Source: an uncultured Chloroflexia bacterium
GTDB lineage: Bacteria; Chloroflexota; Limnocylindria; Limnocylindrales; CSP1-4
NCBI GenBank assembly: GCA_963828165.1
Contig: CAWHDR010000001.1
Span: 288,001 to 352,000 of the forward strand
Length of the DNA: 64,000 nt
Reading direction: 5' to 3'
Under the pieces are notes generated by a model. It was not told where the DNA came from. It ran no database searches and was given only the letters and a program-made list of their open reading frames with translations. Positions 28,927 to 38,902 of this stretch are shown here, piece by piece; position 1 is the first letter of the stretch, and each line of letters starts with the position of its first letter. The translations under genes were made by a program, and so were the position numbers.

Positions 28927-30417
28927 TCAGCTGCCGCCCGCGTCCCAGACGCCCTGCATCTCGGCGCGCATCGCCTCGATCTCGGCGTTCAGGTCGAGTC
29001 CGGGCGTCGTCTGCCACTTGGTCCCGTACTTGCTCAGCAAGTCGAGCGTCTGGTTGTACGCCGGCATGAACGATTCGAAGTTGGGCACGTCGGCGAATGC
29101 GACGCCGTCCTTCGCGACCTTCGTGTCGATCCCTTGCGTGTAGTCGGCGAACTGCGCCGTCAGGAACGCGTCCTGCTTCGATTCCACGGCAGGCATCCCG
29201 CCATAGAGTGCGAGCAGGTCCTCGTTGCTAAGGAGGTACAGGAGCACCTCGAATGCCTGGTCCGGATTCTTGCTCGCCTTCATGATCCGCCACGTGTCGG
29301 CATTGAAGGCGGCCGTCGTCTGGCCCTGGTAGGACGGGGTCGCGGCCATGTTCCAGTCGTCACCGGCGTCCGACACGCAATATGTCGACCAGAGGTAATT
29401 GGTGCTCATCGCGACCTTGCCGGCGCAGAACGGATAGCCCGCCGGATTGATGTCGGTCGTCTCGAAGATCGGACCGGTCATGCTGAAGTGGTCCGTCCAG
29501 ATGCCGTCGTAGAAGTGCTTCCACGCCGCCGCCCATGGTGCGGGGATCTCGACGGTCTTGCCGTCGGCCGCCATGAACGAGCCGGCCCCGAAGTAGGCAC
29601 CGGTCTGACGCAGGTCGTCACGCTGCGGCTCGAAACCCCATTGCACGATCTTTTCCGGATCGAAGCCTGCCTCGGTCGCGTCAGCGCCGTTCTCGTCCAC
29701 GGTCAGGATCTTGGCGATCTCGCGGACGGTGTCGTAGTCCCACGGACGCTTGGAACCGTCCGGCATCGTGTACTCACTGTTCCACGCATGCGGCGGCTCG
29801 GCGAGACCGGCCTCCTTGAACATGTCGGCCTTGTAGAACAACACGGACGGATAGACCGCGTACGGGATGCCGAGCTGGCCTTCGCCCCCGGCGTTGTACA
29901 GGTCAACGGTCGACTCGGGGAACTGGCCCATGTCGAAGCCGGCTTTGTCGATGTGCGGCTGCAGGTCGAGCCACTGGCCGTGGAATGCCTCGGCACCGCC
30001 GATTCCCACGGGGCCGACGATGTCGGGACCATTGCCCGCGGCGAGCTGCGTGGACAGGGCGTCGCGTGCGCCCTGGTAGATGAACCCTTCGAACTGCAGA
30101 TGGATGCCCTCGTGCGAGGCATTGAAGTCCTCGGTCACCTTGAGCTCCACCTCGACCTGCTCGGGTGCGTCACCCGTACCGAGGCAGCAATACCAGCGGA
30201 TCACCACGTCGCCTGGGTCGGGCTGGGAGCCCGTGACCGGCAACGGCGTCGAGACCGGCGCAGTCGATGCCGAGGCGTCGGCCGAGGCGTCCGCAGACCC
30301 GGCGGGCGCGGGCGAACCAGTCGGCGTAACGGTGCTGGGGGTAGTTCCTCCACAGGCACCAGCCAGCAGGGCCAGTACCGAGACCAGGACGGCGATCCGC
30401 CCGAACGTTGGTTGCAT
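28927..30417 (-). CDS. Extracellular sugar-binding lipoprotein
   Basis: Lipobox LAGAC, S/T/P linker, GPDIV; GGAGGAG RBS. Confidence 0.88.
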   Translation of the reverse strand: MQPTFGRIAVLVSVLALLAGACGGTTPSTVTPTGSPAPAGSADASADASASTAPVSTPLPVTGSQPDPGDVVIRWYCCLGTGDAPEQVEVELKVTEDFNASHEGIHLQFEGFIYQGARDALSTQLAAGNGPDIVGPVGIGGAEAFHGQWLDLQPHIDKAGFDMGQFPESTVDLYNAGGEGQLGIPYAVYPSVLFYKADMFKEAGLAEPPHAWNSEYTMPDGSKRPWDYDTVREIAKILTVDENGADATEAGFDPEKIVQWGFEPQRDDLRQTGAYFGAGSFMAADGKTVEIPAPWAAAWKHFYDGIWTDHFSMTGPIFETTDINPAGYPFCAGKVAMSTNYLWSTYCVSDAGDDWNMAATPSYQGQTTAAFNADTWRIMKASKNPDQAFEVLLYLLSNEDLLALYGGMPAVESKQDAFLTAQFADYTQGIDTKVAKDGVAFADVPNFESFMPAYNQTLDLLSKYGTKWQTTPGLDLNAEIEAMRAEMQGVWDAGGS

Positions 30418-30467
30418 GCGCGTACTCCTCCGTCTGCGACGACCGTTCGATGGGTTGCTCGACGTTG

Positions 30468-31262
30468 TCACCGACTCGCCCCTCCTCCGCGTGTGATCGC
30501 CTCCGCTTGGTGCGACCAGCTCGGCCGCTCGACGTCGCGATCGACGTAGTAGCGCGAGCGATCGCCGCGCACGAACGTCCGACCGAACTCGACCGCCGTG
30601 TCATCGGCGGCGAATGCGACGCCTTCGATCAGGAGGGCCGCGGCGCCCCGGCGCTGGCCCAGCAGGGCGGCCTCGCGGGTCCGCAAGTGGACAGGCTCGA
30701 GGGCCTCTCGAGCGCGGACCACCGGCGTGTCGTAGCGGGTCGCCATCAGCTCGTACAGCGAGGCATGCTCGAGGTCGCTCGCGAGCAAGCCCGGAAATCG
30801 CTCGGCGGGGAGATGGACCTGCTCGAGGAGATACGGCTCACCGCCCGCCAGCCGGAGCCGCTCGAGGTAGAGCGTGGGCGAACCCGCCTCGAGCCCCAAC
30901 GCCGCGGCGACCGAGACCGTGGCCGACTCGGGACGCGCCGAGATCAGGCGGGTCTGGGGGTCGAGGCCGCGTTCCTGCATCTCGTCGGCGAAACTGGCGC
31001 GGCTGGCGATGTCGCGCTCGAGGCGCGGTCGGAGGACGAACGTGCCGCGGCCGCGGGTGCGCTCGATGCGCCCCTGCTGGACGAGCTCCCCTAGCGCTCG
31101 GCGGACCGTGATCAGGCTCACGCCGTAGTGGCGAGCCAGCTCACGCTCCGGCGGGAGGCGGTCGCCCGGCTGCCACGTCCCGTCGTCCAGGGATTCGCGC
31201 AGGTCGAGATAGACCTGGTGGTGCATCGGTACGGGGCCGAGCGAGAGGCGGAAACGGGCCAT
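30468..31262 (-). CDS. GntR (HutC/UTRA) transcriptional regulator
   Basis: PGDRLPPERELA, TVRRAL, GRGTFV, UTRA-like C-terminus. Confidence 0.92.
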   Translation of the reverse strand: MARFRLSLGPVPMHHQVYLDLRESLDDGTWQPGDRLPPERELARHYGVSLITVRRALGELVQQGRIERTRGRGTFVLRPRLERDIASRASFADEMQERGLDPQTRLISARPESATVSVAAALGLEAGSPTLYLERLRLAGGEPYLLEQVHLPAERFPGLLASDLEHASLYELMATRYDTPVVRAREALEPVHLRTREAALLGQRRGAAALLIEGVAFAADDTAVEFGRTFVRGDRSRYYVDRDVERPSWSHQAEAITRGGGASR

Positions 31263-31316
31263 CGTGACTGGCGGCTCCTCGAGGTCGGACGGGAAGGACC
31301 AGGGTTGCGCGGTCCG

Positions 31317-31344
31317 CGATTGCTGATAACGTTATAAGCAATCG
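31317..31344. promoter_or_regulatory. AT-rich palindrome, putative GntR operator
   Basis: CGATTGCTGATAACGTTATAAGCAATCG, 28 bp with one mismatched pair, between the divergent gntR and GH4 genes. Confidence 0.7.
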
Positions 31345-31388
31345 TGTCAAGTCCCCGGCCCCTCGGGCTTGACGGAATGGGAGGGTGG

Positions 31389-32657
31389 ATGGGCACCAGG
31401 GTCACCGTCGTCGGCGGCGGCAGCACCTATACCCCGGAGCTGGTCGACGGCTTCGTGCGACGCGCGGACCGCCTCCCCATCGACGAGCTCGTCCTGCTCG
31501 ACACGGACCCTGACCGGCTCCACGTCGTCGGCGGCCTCGCACAGCGCATGCTCGACCGTCTCGACTGGACCGGCCGCCTGCAGCTGACCGGCGATCGGGA
31601 CGCGGCGGTCGACGGCGCGGACTTCGTGCTGTTCCAGCTGCGGGTCGGTGGCCAGGCCGCGCGGCTCGTCGACGAGACGCTCCCCCTCCGATTCGGGGTC
31701 ATCGGCCAGGAGACGACTGGCGCGGGTGGCTTCGCGAAGGCGATGCGCACGGTCCCGGTCGTGCTCGACCTCGCCGAACTGGTCGCCCGCCGCTCGGCGC
31801 CGGACGCCTGGATCATCGACTTCACGAACCCGGTCGGCATCGTCACCCAGGCCCTCATCGATGACGGGCACCGGGCGATCGGGCTGTGCAACGTCGGCAT
31901 CAACCTGCAGCGCCGGATGGCCACGCTCTTCGACGTCGGGCCGGAACGGGTCGAGCTGGAGCATGTCGGGCTCAACCACCTGACCTGGGAGCGGGCGGTC
32001 CGCGTCGATGGCGTCGACCGGCTGCCCGAGTTGCTCGATTCGCACGCCGAGCAGTTCGCCGATGAATTCCGCCTTCCGGTCGACATGATCCGCACCATCG
32101 GCGCGATCCCGTCCTACTACCTGCGCTACTACTTCCTCACCCGGACGGTGCTCGAGGAGCAACGCGCTGGCCACACTCGAGCTCGGGACGTCATGGACAT
32201 CGAGGCCCGCCTCCTCGAGCTCTACCGGGACCAGTCCCTTGCCGAGAAGCCGGCCCTCCTGGCCGACCGCGGCGGCGCCTTCTATAGCGAGGCGGCCGCC
32301 CAGCTCATCGCATCGCTCCACGACGGTGCGGGCGACGTCCAGGTCGTGGACGCCCGCAACGACGGGGCGATGCCGGACCTGCCGGCCTCCGCGGTGGTCG
32401 AGGTCCCTGCGCGCATCGATCGGGATGGCGCGCATCCGCTCCCGCTGGCGCCACTCGCCCCGGAGCAGCGCGGCCTGGTCCAGGCCGTGAAGGCGTACGA
32501 GGAGTTGACCGTGGCCGCAGCGCGGTCCGGCGACCGGACGCTGGCCGTCCGGGCGCTCGGCGCGAACCCGCTGGTCGGGCCCGAGGTGGCTCGCCCACTG
32601 CTCGAAGCCATGCTCGACGCAGACCGGGAGCACCTGGACCGGTTCGCGCCGGTCTGA
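31389..32657 (+). CDS. 6-phospho-beta-glucosidase (GH4)
   Basis: VVGGGSTYTPE, QLRVGG, GQETTGAGG, FTNP, GLCN, GLNH, RGGAFYS. Confidence 0.93.
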   Translation: MGTRVTVVGGGSTYTPELVDGFVRRADRLPIDELVLLDTDPDRLHVVGGLAQRMLDRLDWTGRLQLTGDRDAAVDGADFVLFQLRVGGQAARLVDETLPLRFGVIGQETTGAGGFAKAMRTVPVVLDLAELVARRSAPDAWIIDFTNPVGIVTQALIDDGHRAIGLCNVGINLQRRMATLFDVGPERVELEHVGLNHLTWERAVRVDGVDRLPELLDSHAEQFADEFRLPVDMIRTIGAIPSYYLRYYFLTRTVLEEQRAGHTRARDVMDIEARLLELYRDQSLAEKPALLADRGGAFYSEAAAQLIASLHDGAGDVQVVDARNDGAMPDLPASAVVEVPARIDRDGAHPLPLAPLAPEQRGLVQAVKAYEELTVAAARSGDRTLAVRALGANPLVGPEVARPLLEAMLDADREHLDRFAPV

Positions 32658-32747
32658 GGCGGGAGGTCCGTCGCGACACGCGCGTGCAATGCCGCGGCGG
32701 GCGTCGTGAGCCGCGTGATCCGACCCGATGCGGCATGCTTGCGCGCG

Positions 32748-35591
32748 ATGTCCGATCCCTATCGATCCCAGGCCTACCAGATCGACGATGCGCGACCGCC
32801 CAGCCGGACCACCGCCGGCTGGATCGCGATCATCGTGTTCGCGTTCCTGGCCGCGGTCGGCATCCTGGGTGCGGTCGCGGCACTGTCGGTGTACGGCTCC
32901 CTCGCGAAGGACCTCAAGGATCCGGCGGAGCTGACCCAGTACACCTTGCCGGAGGAGACCGTCCTCCTCGACCGCACCGGGGAGGTCGAGCTGGCCCGCT
33001 TCGGCGAGTTCAAGCGCGATGTCGTGGCGTTCGAGGACATCCCGCCGCTCGTGCTCGACGCCACGACTGCGATCGAGGACAAGACGTTCTGGGAGAACGC
33101 GGGCTTCGACCCGCTGGCCATCATCGCCGCCGGCCTCGACTCGTTGCGTGGCAACAGCCGCGGTGCCTCGACCATCACCCAGCAGCTCGTCCGTGCGCGC
33201 CTGCTCGAGCGCGACCTGCTCCAGGACGAGGACCGGACCTTCGAGCGCAAGCTCAAGGAGATCATCCAGTCCATCCGGGTGACGCAATACTTCGGCGAGC
33301 AGGGCGACGACGGCAAGCAGCAGATCATCGAGGCCTATCTCAACCAGATCTATTACGGCAACCAGAGCTATGGCGTGAAGGCCGCGGCTCGCTCGTATTT
33401 CGGCAAGGAGCTGGCCGACCTGACGCCGGGTGAGGCGGCGACCCTCGCCGGGCTCCCCAAGTCGCCGTCCAACTACGACCTGGTACGCAATGCCAACGAG
33501 AGCTGCGACAGCGAGCCGGAGGAGGACCAACCGTGTCCCGCGGCCGACAGCCACCTCATCGTCCCGCCCGACACCGTCATCCTCCAGCGCCGGGACCAGA
33601 TCCTCGAGCTCATGGCGGACGACCGGACCCCGATGTCGAAGGACCAGTACAGCGACGCCGAGCTGACCGCGGACGTCGGGAAGGAGATGGAGCTCGCGCG
33701 GCAGACGGCGCCCCGCTGGCAGGCCCCGCATTTCGTATGGGCCGTGCGCGACGAGCTGACCATCAAGCTGTGTGGCGAGGACACCCCGTCGTGCGACGAG
33801 CTCGACAACGGCGGCCTGCGTGTGACCACGACCGTGGACCTCGACCTCCAGAAGATCGCCGAGAAGTGGGTCAAGGGCGCGACGATCGTCCCCCACCGCG
33901 GGAGCAACCGGCGGGAGGCTGCCGCCAAGGCCCTCGGCTTCGAGGACTACGAGCCCTGGATGCGCAACCTCGAGGACAAGAACGTTCGGAACGGCGCCCT
34001 GGTCGCGGTCGACTACGAGACCGGCGAGCTCGTCGCCTACGTCGGGTCGGCCGAGTACTACGCGACGCAGAGCCGTCCCGAGTTCCAGCCGCAGTACGAC
34101 GTGGTCGGCCAGGGCTTCCGGCAGCCGGGCTCGGCCTTCAAGCCGTTCAACTACGTCGTCGGCATCGACGACGGGACCATGACCGCGGGCGACATGTTCA
34201 TGGACGTCGGCACCGATTTCGGGGGCGGCTATACCCCGAACGACGCGGACAACCTCGAGCGTGGCCCCGTGCGCCTGCGGAACGCGCTGCAGTTCTCCCT
34301 GAACATCCCGTCCGTGAAGGCCATGGCCCTCAACACCCCGGAACACATGTTCGCCCGGGCAAAGGACTTCGGCATGACCTTCCAGAGCGAGACCACCGAT
34401 GCCGGGCTGGCCCTCGCGCTGGGCGTGGCTGAGACCCGACCGGTCGACCTGGCGTCCGCGTACGGCACCTTGGGGAACGGCGGCCGGCGCATCCCGCCCA
34501 CGACGATCCTGGCGATCAAGAACCGCGCGGGCGAGGACGTCGTCGATCCCTACACGCCGCCGGAAGGCACCCAGGTGGTCAGCCCCCAGGCGGCCTGGAT
34601 CGTCACCGACATCCTGGCCGGCAACACCAACCCTCGCGTGAACCCCTTCTGGGGCGAATTCGCCATCGAGGGTCCGGGCGGCGACCGCCGGCCGGCGACG
34701 CTCAAGACCGGGACGAACAACGACGCCAAGGACCTCAACGCGTACGGCTACATCGCCCCGCCAACCGAGGCGGGTCGGGCGGATGGCGCCTACGCGCTCG
34801 CGGTGGGAGCGTGGAACGGCAACAGCGACAACACGGCCGTCGGCGAGGTCTTCTCGATCGATGTCTCGACCTTCGTGTGGCAGGGATTCGTGCAGGAAGC
34901 CAGCGCCGAGTGGGAGATCACGAACTTCGAGCGCCCAGCCGAAGGCCTGACCCAGGTCGCGATCGACCCGTTCACCGGCCTGTTGCCCGGCGCCGGCAGC
35001 GAGGGCGTCGAGGAGTGGTTCATCGGCGACAGTGCGCCCGATGCCCGTGTCGAGGGCGACACGTGCGGCGAGCGGGTGCTGGCCGTCGCCGGTCACGAGG
35101 ACGAGTTCGACAACTGGATGGACGCGAACCGCGACTGGATCGGGCGCGCCGAGCGGGGGCCGGGCACGAGGGGCGGGCCCGAGAACACGAGGACCGCATA
35201 CTTCTACAACAGCCAGTTCAATCCCTACGGCCGGACCTGGGGCGTCATCGTCGAGGGAGACGGCTGCGGTTCGCCCAGCCCGTCCCCGAGCTGTTTCATC
35301 GTCCCCACGCCTGACCCGAGCGGCGTGGTCCCGTCGTTCGCGCTGCCGTCGCCCACGGGCGATGAGGCGGTCGCGCAGCCGTGCCCGACGGTGGCCCCGT
35401 CCGCGAGCCCGTCGCTCGAGCCGAGTGCGACGCCAGAACCATCGCTTGAGCCGACGCCGGAACCGACGCCCGAGCCGACGCCGGAGCCCACACCCGAGCC
35501 GACACCGGAACCGACGCCGGAGCCCACACCTCCGCCGTCGTCGGCTCCTGAGCCGTCAGTCGCGCCGGCCGACGCCTCGACGTCTCCCTGA
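32748..35591 (+). CDS. Class A penicillin-binding protein (transglycosylase/transpeptidase)
   Basis: AIEDKTF, GASTITQQL, RKLKE, YLNQIYYG; SAFK, SLN, KTG. Confidence 0.93.
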   Translation: MSDPYRSQAYQIDDARPPSRTTAGWIAIIVFAFLAAVGILGAVAALSVYGSLAKDLKDPAELTQYTLPEETVLLDRTGEVELARFGEFKRDVVAFEDIPPLVLDATTAIEDKTFWENAGFDPLAIIAAGLDSLRGNSRGASTITQQLVRARLLERDLLQDEDRTFERKLKEIIQSIRVTQYFGEQGDDGKQQIIEAYLNQIYYGNQSYGVKAAARSYFGKELADLTPGEAATLAGLPKSPSNYDLVRNANESCDSEPEEDQPCPAADSHLIVPPDTVILQRRDQILELMADDRTPMSKDQYSDAELTADVGKEMELARQTAPRWQAPHFVWAVRDELTIKLCGEDTPSCDELDNGGLRVTTTVDLDLQKIAEKWVKGATIVPHRGSNRREAAAKALGFEDYEPWMRNLEDKNVRNGALVAVDYETGELVAYVGSAEYYATQSRPEFQPQYDVVGQGFRQPGSAFKPFNYVVGIDDGTMTAGDMFMDVGTDFGGGYTPNDADNLERGPVRLRNALQFSLNIPSVKAMALNTPEHMFARAKDFGMTFQSETTDAGLALALGVAETRPVDLASAYGTLGNGGRRIPPTTILAIKNRAGEDVVDPYTPPEGTQVVSPQAAWIVTDILAGNTNPRVNPFWGEFAIEGPGGDRRPATLKTGTNNDAKDLNAYGYIAPPTEAGRADGAYALAVGAWNGNSDNTAVGEVFSIDVSTFVWQGFVQEASAEWEITNFERPAEGLTQVAIDPFTGLLPGAGSEGVEEWFIGDSAPDARVEGDTCGERVLAVAGHEDEFDNWMDANRDWIGRAERGPGTRGGPENTRTAYFYNSQFNPYGRTWGVIVEGDGCGSPSPSPSCFIVPTPDPSGVVPSFALPSPTGDEAVAQPCPTVAPSASPSLEPSATPEPSLEPTPEPTPEPTPEPTPEPTPEPTPEPTPPPSSAPEPSVAPADASTSP
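35448..35531 (+). repeat. (EPTP)7 coding tandem repeat
   Basis: Seven 12-bp units in the PBP tail. Confidence 0.9.
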
Positions 35592-36406
35592 CCCCGCCTT
35601 CCCTGCCCGGCGCCGCGCCCGCGATCATCGAGTTGCGGGGCGTCTCGGTTCGCCGGGCGGGCCGCACGATCCTCGGCCCGCTCGACTGGACCGTGCGCGA
35701 CGGCGAGCGCTGGGCCGTCCTCGGGCCGAACGGCAGCGGCAAGACGACCCTGCTGTCGGTCGCGTCGATGAACCTGTGGCCCACGACCGGCACCGTCGAG
35801 GTGCTCGGGGAGCGCTATGGCCGAACGGACGCGCGCGAGCTTCGGCGTCGCGTCGGGTTCGCCGGAAGCGCCATCGAGGCGGCCATGCGACCCGACCTGA
35901 CCCCGACCACGCTGATCATGACCGCCCGTCACGGTGCGTTCGAGCCGTGGTGGCACGTCTACGACGACGCCGACCGTGATCGGGCGCGGGAACTCGGGGA
36001 GCGGATGGGACTGGCCGATCACCTCGACCAGGCGTTCGGGACGTTGTCCGCCGGCGAGCGCCGGCGCACCTCGATCGCCCGGGCACTCATGCCGGACCCG
36101 GACGTGCTCATCCTGGACGAGCCGATGGCCAGCCTCGACCTCGCAGCGCGGGAGCTGCTCATCGCAGACCTCGAGTCACTGGCGGAGGAGCCGCGGCTGC
36201 GCACCATGGTCCTCGTCTCGCACCATCTCGAGGAGATCCCAGTGGGGTTCGGGCAGGCGCTCGTGCTGCGCGAGGGCCGTGTGCTTGCCGCCGGCCGGAG
36301 TGAGGACGTCCTCACCGACGATGTCCTGAGCGAGGCCTTCTCGATGCCCCTCACCGTGGAGGGGCACGGCGGCCGGTGGACGGCCAGGATGCGACGCGAC
36401 CCGTGA
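35588..36406 (+). CDS. ABC transporter ATP-binding protein (ModF/YlmA-like)
   Basis: GPNGSGKT, LSAGE, ILDEP, VSHH; start uncertain (CTG 35588 or TTG 35633). Confidence 0.88.
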   Translation: MTPPSLPGAAPAIIELRGVSVRRAGRTILGPLDWTVRDGERWAVLGPNGSGKTTLLSVASMNLWPTTGTVEVLGERYGRTDARELRRRVGFAGSAIEAAMRPDLTPTTLIMTARHGAFEPWWHVYDDADRDRARELGERMGLADHLDQAFGTLSAGERRRTSIARALMPDPDVLILDEPMASLDLAARELLIADLESLAEEPRLRTMVLVSHHLEEIPVGFGQALVLREGRVLAAGRSEDVLTDDVLSEAFSMPLTVEGHGGRWTARMRRDP

Positions 36407-36469
36407 CCGACGCGTGGCCGAGGCGGGGCTCGACACGCGAATGTCACGAGTCCGGTGCACCATGACGCC

Positions 36470-38050
36470 GTGAGCACCTCCGCATCAGCCCTCAGCTCGG
36501 TCGTTCCCGCGCGATCGTCGACGTCGCGGGTCGCCGCCGCCGCCGCCGGCGTGGCCGCCGCGGCCGTCGCCCTCGGAGCCTCGGAGTTGATCGCTGCCGT
36601 GCTGCCGGGCGCGACCTCCCTTGTCGCGGCGATCGGCCAGGTCGTCATCGACCTGCAACCGGCGGGCGCCAAGGACCTGGTCGTGGCGCTCTTCGGGACC
36701 AACGACAAGGTGGCCCTCGAGATCGTCGTGGTCCTCGCGTCGCTGGCGTTCGGTGCTGGCCTCGGCATCGTCGCCGCGCGTCGCTTCGTCGTCGCGGCTG
36801 CGGGCTTTGTCGCATTCGGCGTGCTCGGCTTCGCGGCCGCCCTCGGTAACCCGCTGGCCAACGGGGCCTCCGTTGCGGCCCAGGCCACGGTGGCGGTCGG
36901 GCTCGGCATCCAGACCCTGTCGTGGCTGCTCGCACGGGCACCGCTGGCGGTCGCGGATGCGGTAGGGGTACGCGCATCGTCGGACCCGGCACGCCGCTCA
37001 TTCCTGTTGCGGACCGGCGCCGTCAGCCTGTCCGCCCTCGTGGTGGGTCTCGGCGGCCGCAGCCTGCTCGCTGGTTCGCGGACGGCGCCGATCACGGTGG
37101 GGGAGCTGCCGGTCCCCTCGGAGACCGTGCCGCCCATCGCCGCCGGGGCCGACCTTGCGCCGGCGACGCCCGGCCTGACCCCGATCGTCGTTCCGAATCA
37201 GGATTTCTATCGCATCGACACTGCCCTCCTCGTCCCGAGCGTGGACATCGCGACCTGGACGCTGCGCATCCACGGCCTCGTCGAGCGTGAGACGACGCTG
37301 ACCTGGGACGAGCTGCTGGCCCTGCCCATGTTCGAGCAGTACGTGACGATCGCCTGCGTCAGCAACGAGGTCGGGGGCGGGCTGGTCGGGAACGCGAAAT
37401 GGACGGGGGTCCGGTTGCGCGACGTGCTCGAGATCGCCGGAGTCTCGTCGTCGGCGGACCAGCTGGTGGGCCGGTCGGTGGACGGATTCACGGCGGGCAT
37501 GCCGACCGCCTGGGTCATGGACCCGGCCCGCGAGCCCATGATCGCCGTCCAGATGAACGATGAGCCCCTGCCGCCGGCGCACGGCTACCCCGCGCGGCTC
37601 ATCGTCCCCGGCCTGTACGGCTACGTATCGGCGACGAAGTGGCTCGCCGAGCTCGAGCTGACCACCCTCGAGGGGTTCGACGGGTACTGGGTCCCGCTCG
37701 GCTGGTCCAAGCTCGCGCCGATCCTGACCCAGTCGCGGATCGACACGCCGCGCGGCGGATCGGTCGCGGCAGGCCGTGTGCCGATCGCCGGAATCGCCTG
37801 GGCACCGGATCGCGGCGTCAGCAAGGTCGAGGTCGCGATCGACGGGGAGTGGCACGACGCGGAGCTCTCGGCTCCGATCTCGGACACGACCTGGGTCCAG
37901 TGGGTCGTGGCCTGGGACGCGACGCCGGGTCAGCACACGGTCAGTGTCCGCGCGACCGATGGGACCGGCGCGGTCCAGGAAGAGCGGTCGTCGCGGCCCG
38001 CGCCGGACGGCGCTCGTGGCTGGCACACGGTCTCGATCTCGGTCTCCTGA
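36470..38050 (+). CDS. Membrane molybdopterin-dependent oxidoreductase (sulfite oxidase family)
   Basis: Multi-TM N-terminus, RRSFL, FYRID, IACVSN, HGYPARL, ATKWL. Confidence 0.9.
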   Translation: MSTSASALSSVVPARSSTSRVAAAAAGVAAAAVALGASELIAAVLPGATSLVAAIGQVVIDLQPAGAKDLVVALFGTNDKVALEIVVVLASLAFGAGLGIVAARRFVVAAAGFVAFGVLGFAAALGNPLANGASVAAQATVAVGLGIQTLSWLLARAPLAVADAVGVRASSDPARRSFLLRTGAVSLSALVVGLGGRSLLAGSRTAPITVGELPVPSETVPPIAAGADLAPATPGLTPIVVPNQDFYRIDTALLVPSVDIATWTLRIHGLVERETTLTWDELLALPMFEQYVTIACVSNEVGGGLVGNAKWTGVRLRDVLEIAGVSSSADQLVGRSVDGFTAGMPTAWVMDPAREPMIAVQMNDEPLPPAHGYPARLIVPGLYGYVSATKWLAELELTTLEGFDGYWVPLGWSKLAPILTQSRIDTPRGGSVAAGRVPIAGIAWAPDRGVSKVEVAIDGEWHDAELSAPISDTTWVQWVVAWDATPGQHTVSVRATDGTGAVQEERSSRPAPDGARGWHTVSISVS

Positions 38051-38102
38051 CCGGAGCGAAGCCCCCAGCGGCCACCGGCGAGAATCGGTATAAAGTCCAG
38101 AC

Positions 38103-38684
38103 ATGCCGCGCCGCCGCTACATCTTCGACCCGCCCGAGCGCTTCGTGGCCGGCACGATCGGTGACCCCGGCAATCGGACGTTCTTCCTGCAGGCGCGCGA
38201 CGGTGGCCGGGTGGTCTCGGTCGCGCTCGAGAAGGTCCAGGTCGCGGTCCTCGCGGAGCGACTCGACGATCTGCTGGGCGAGCTCGATCGCCGTGGCGTG
38301 CCCCACGGCGTCCCGGACGAGGTCCTCGCGGATGCGGCCATCGGTCTCGACGATGACGTCTCGGCCCTGGACGAGCCGCTCGTGGAGGCGTTCCGTGCCG
38401 GTTCCCTGACGCTCGGCTGGGACCCGGACGCCGAGCGCGTGCTCCTGGAGGCGCGTGCCCAGGACGAGGAGGGCGAGGCCATCGATCCCGATGACGACGA
38501 CGACGAGGACGAGGACGGGCCGGACCTGCTGCGGGTGCGCCTGACCGCGGCAGCGGCCCGCTCATTCGTGGCCCGGGCCGCCCGGGTCGTGGCGGGCGGC
38601 CGCCCGCCCTGCCCGCTGTGTGGAGCTCCGCTCGATCCGCGCGGTCACATCTGCCCGCGCCGGAACGGCCACTACGTCAACTAG
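38103..38684 (+). CDS. DUF3090 family protein
   Basis: FVAGTIGDPGNRTFFLQAR, GRPPCPLCG...GHICPRRNG. Confidence 0.9.
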   Translation: MPRRRYIFDPPERFVAGTIGDPGNRTFFLQARDGGRVVSVALEKVQVAVLAERLDDLLGELDRRGVPHGVPDEVLADAAIGLDDDVSALDEPLVEAFRAGSLTLGWDPDAERVLLEARAQDEEGEAIDPDDDDDEDEDGPDLLRVRLTAAAARSFVARAARVVAGGRPPCPLCGAPLDPRGHICPRRNGHYVN

Positions 38685-38738
38685 CGGCTTCGTCCGCGCC
38701 CTGCTCGCAAGCCGGTTCCTCGGCGTCGTACACTGGCG

Positions 38739-38886
38739 ACGGCGCGTTCCCGCGCCCGACTGCCAGACCGAGCCCCCACGCGGCGCGGCGAAGCGGCAGT
38801 AAAGGGGATCCGGATCCTCGGGAGAACCGGTCGACCATCCGACCGGCCGACGACGTGGCGGTGTGGGCGCGTGCGTCGACGGCCGT
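38739..38886 (+). ncRNA. Putative structured cis-regulatory leader RNA
   Basis: -10-like TACACT at 38729-38734 followed by several nested stems (see findings). Confidence 0.55.
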
Positions 38887-38902
38887 GACGGAGAACTGAC
38901 CG

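Noticed and set aside
31347-35096. 1249-aa minus-strand ORF and similar long shadow ORFs (e.g. 28264-30549, 60035-62344, 41734-43800)
   Set aside because: Antisense to well-supported genes, no motifs; expected from high GC3 codon bias
35448-35531. Regular short repeats resembling an array (also 61574-61627)
   Set aside because: In-frame EPTP and PDK peptide repeats with no spacers and no cas genes; not CRISPR
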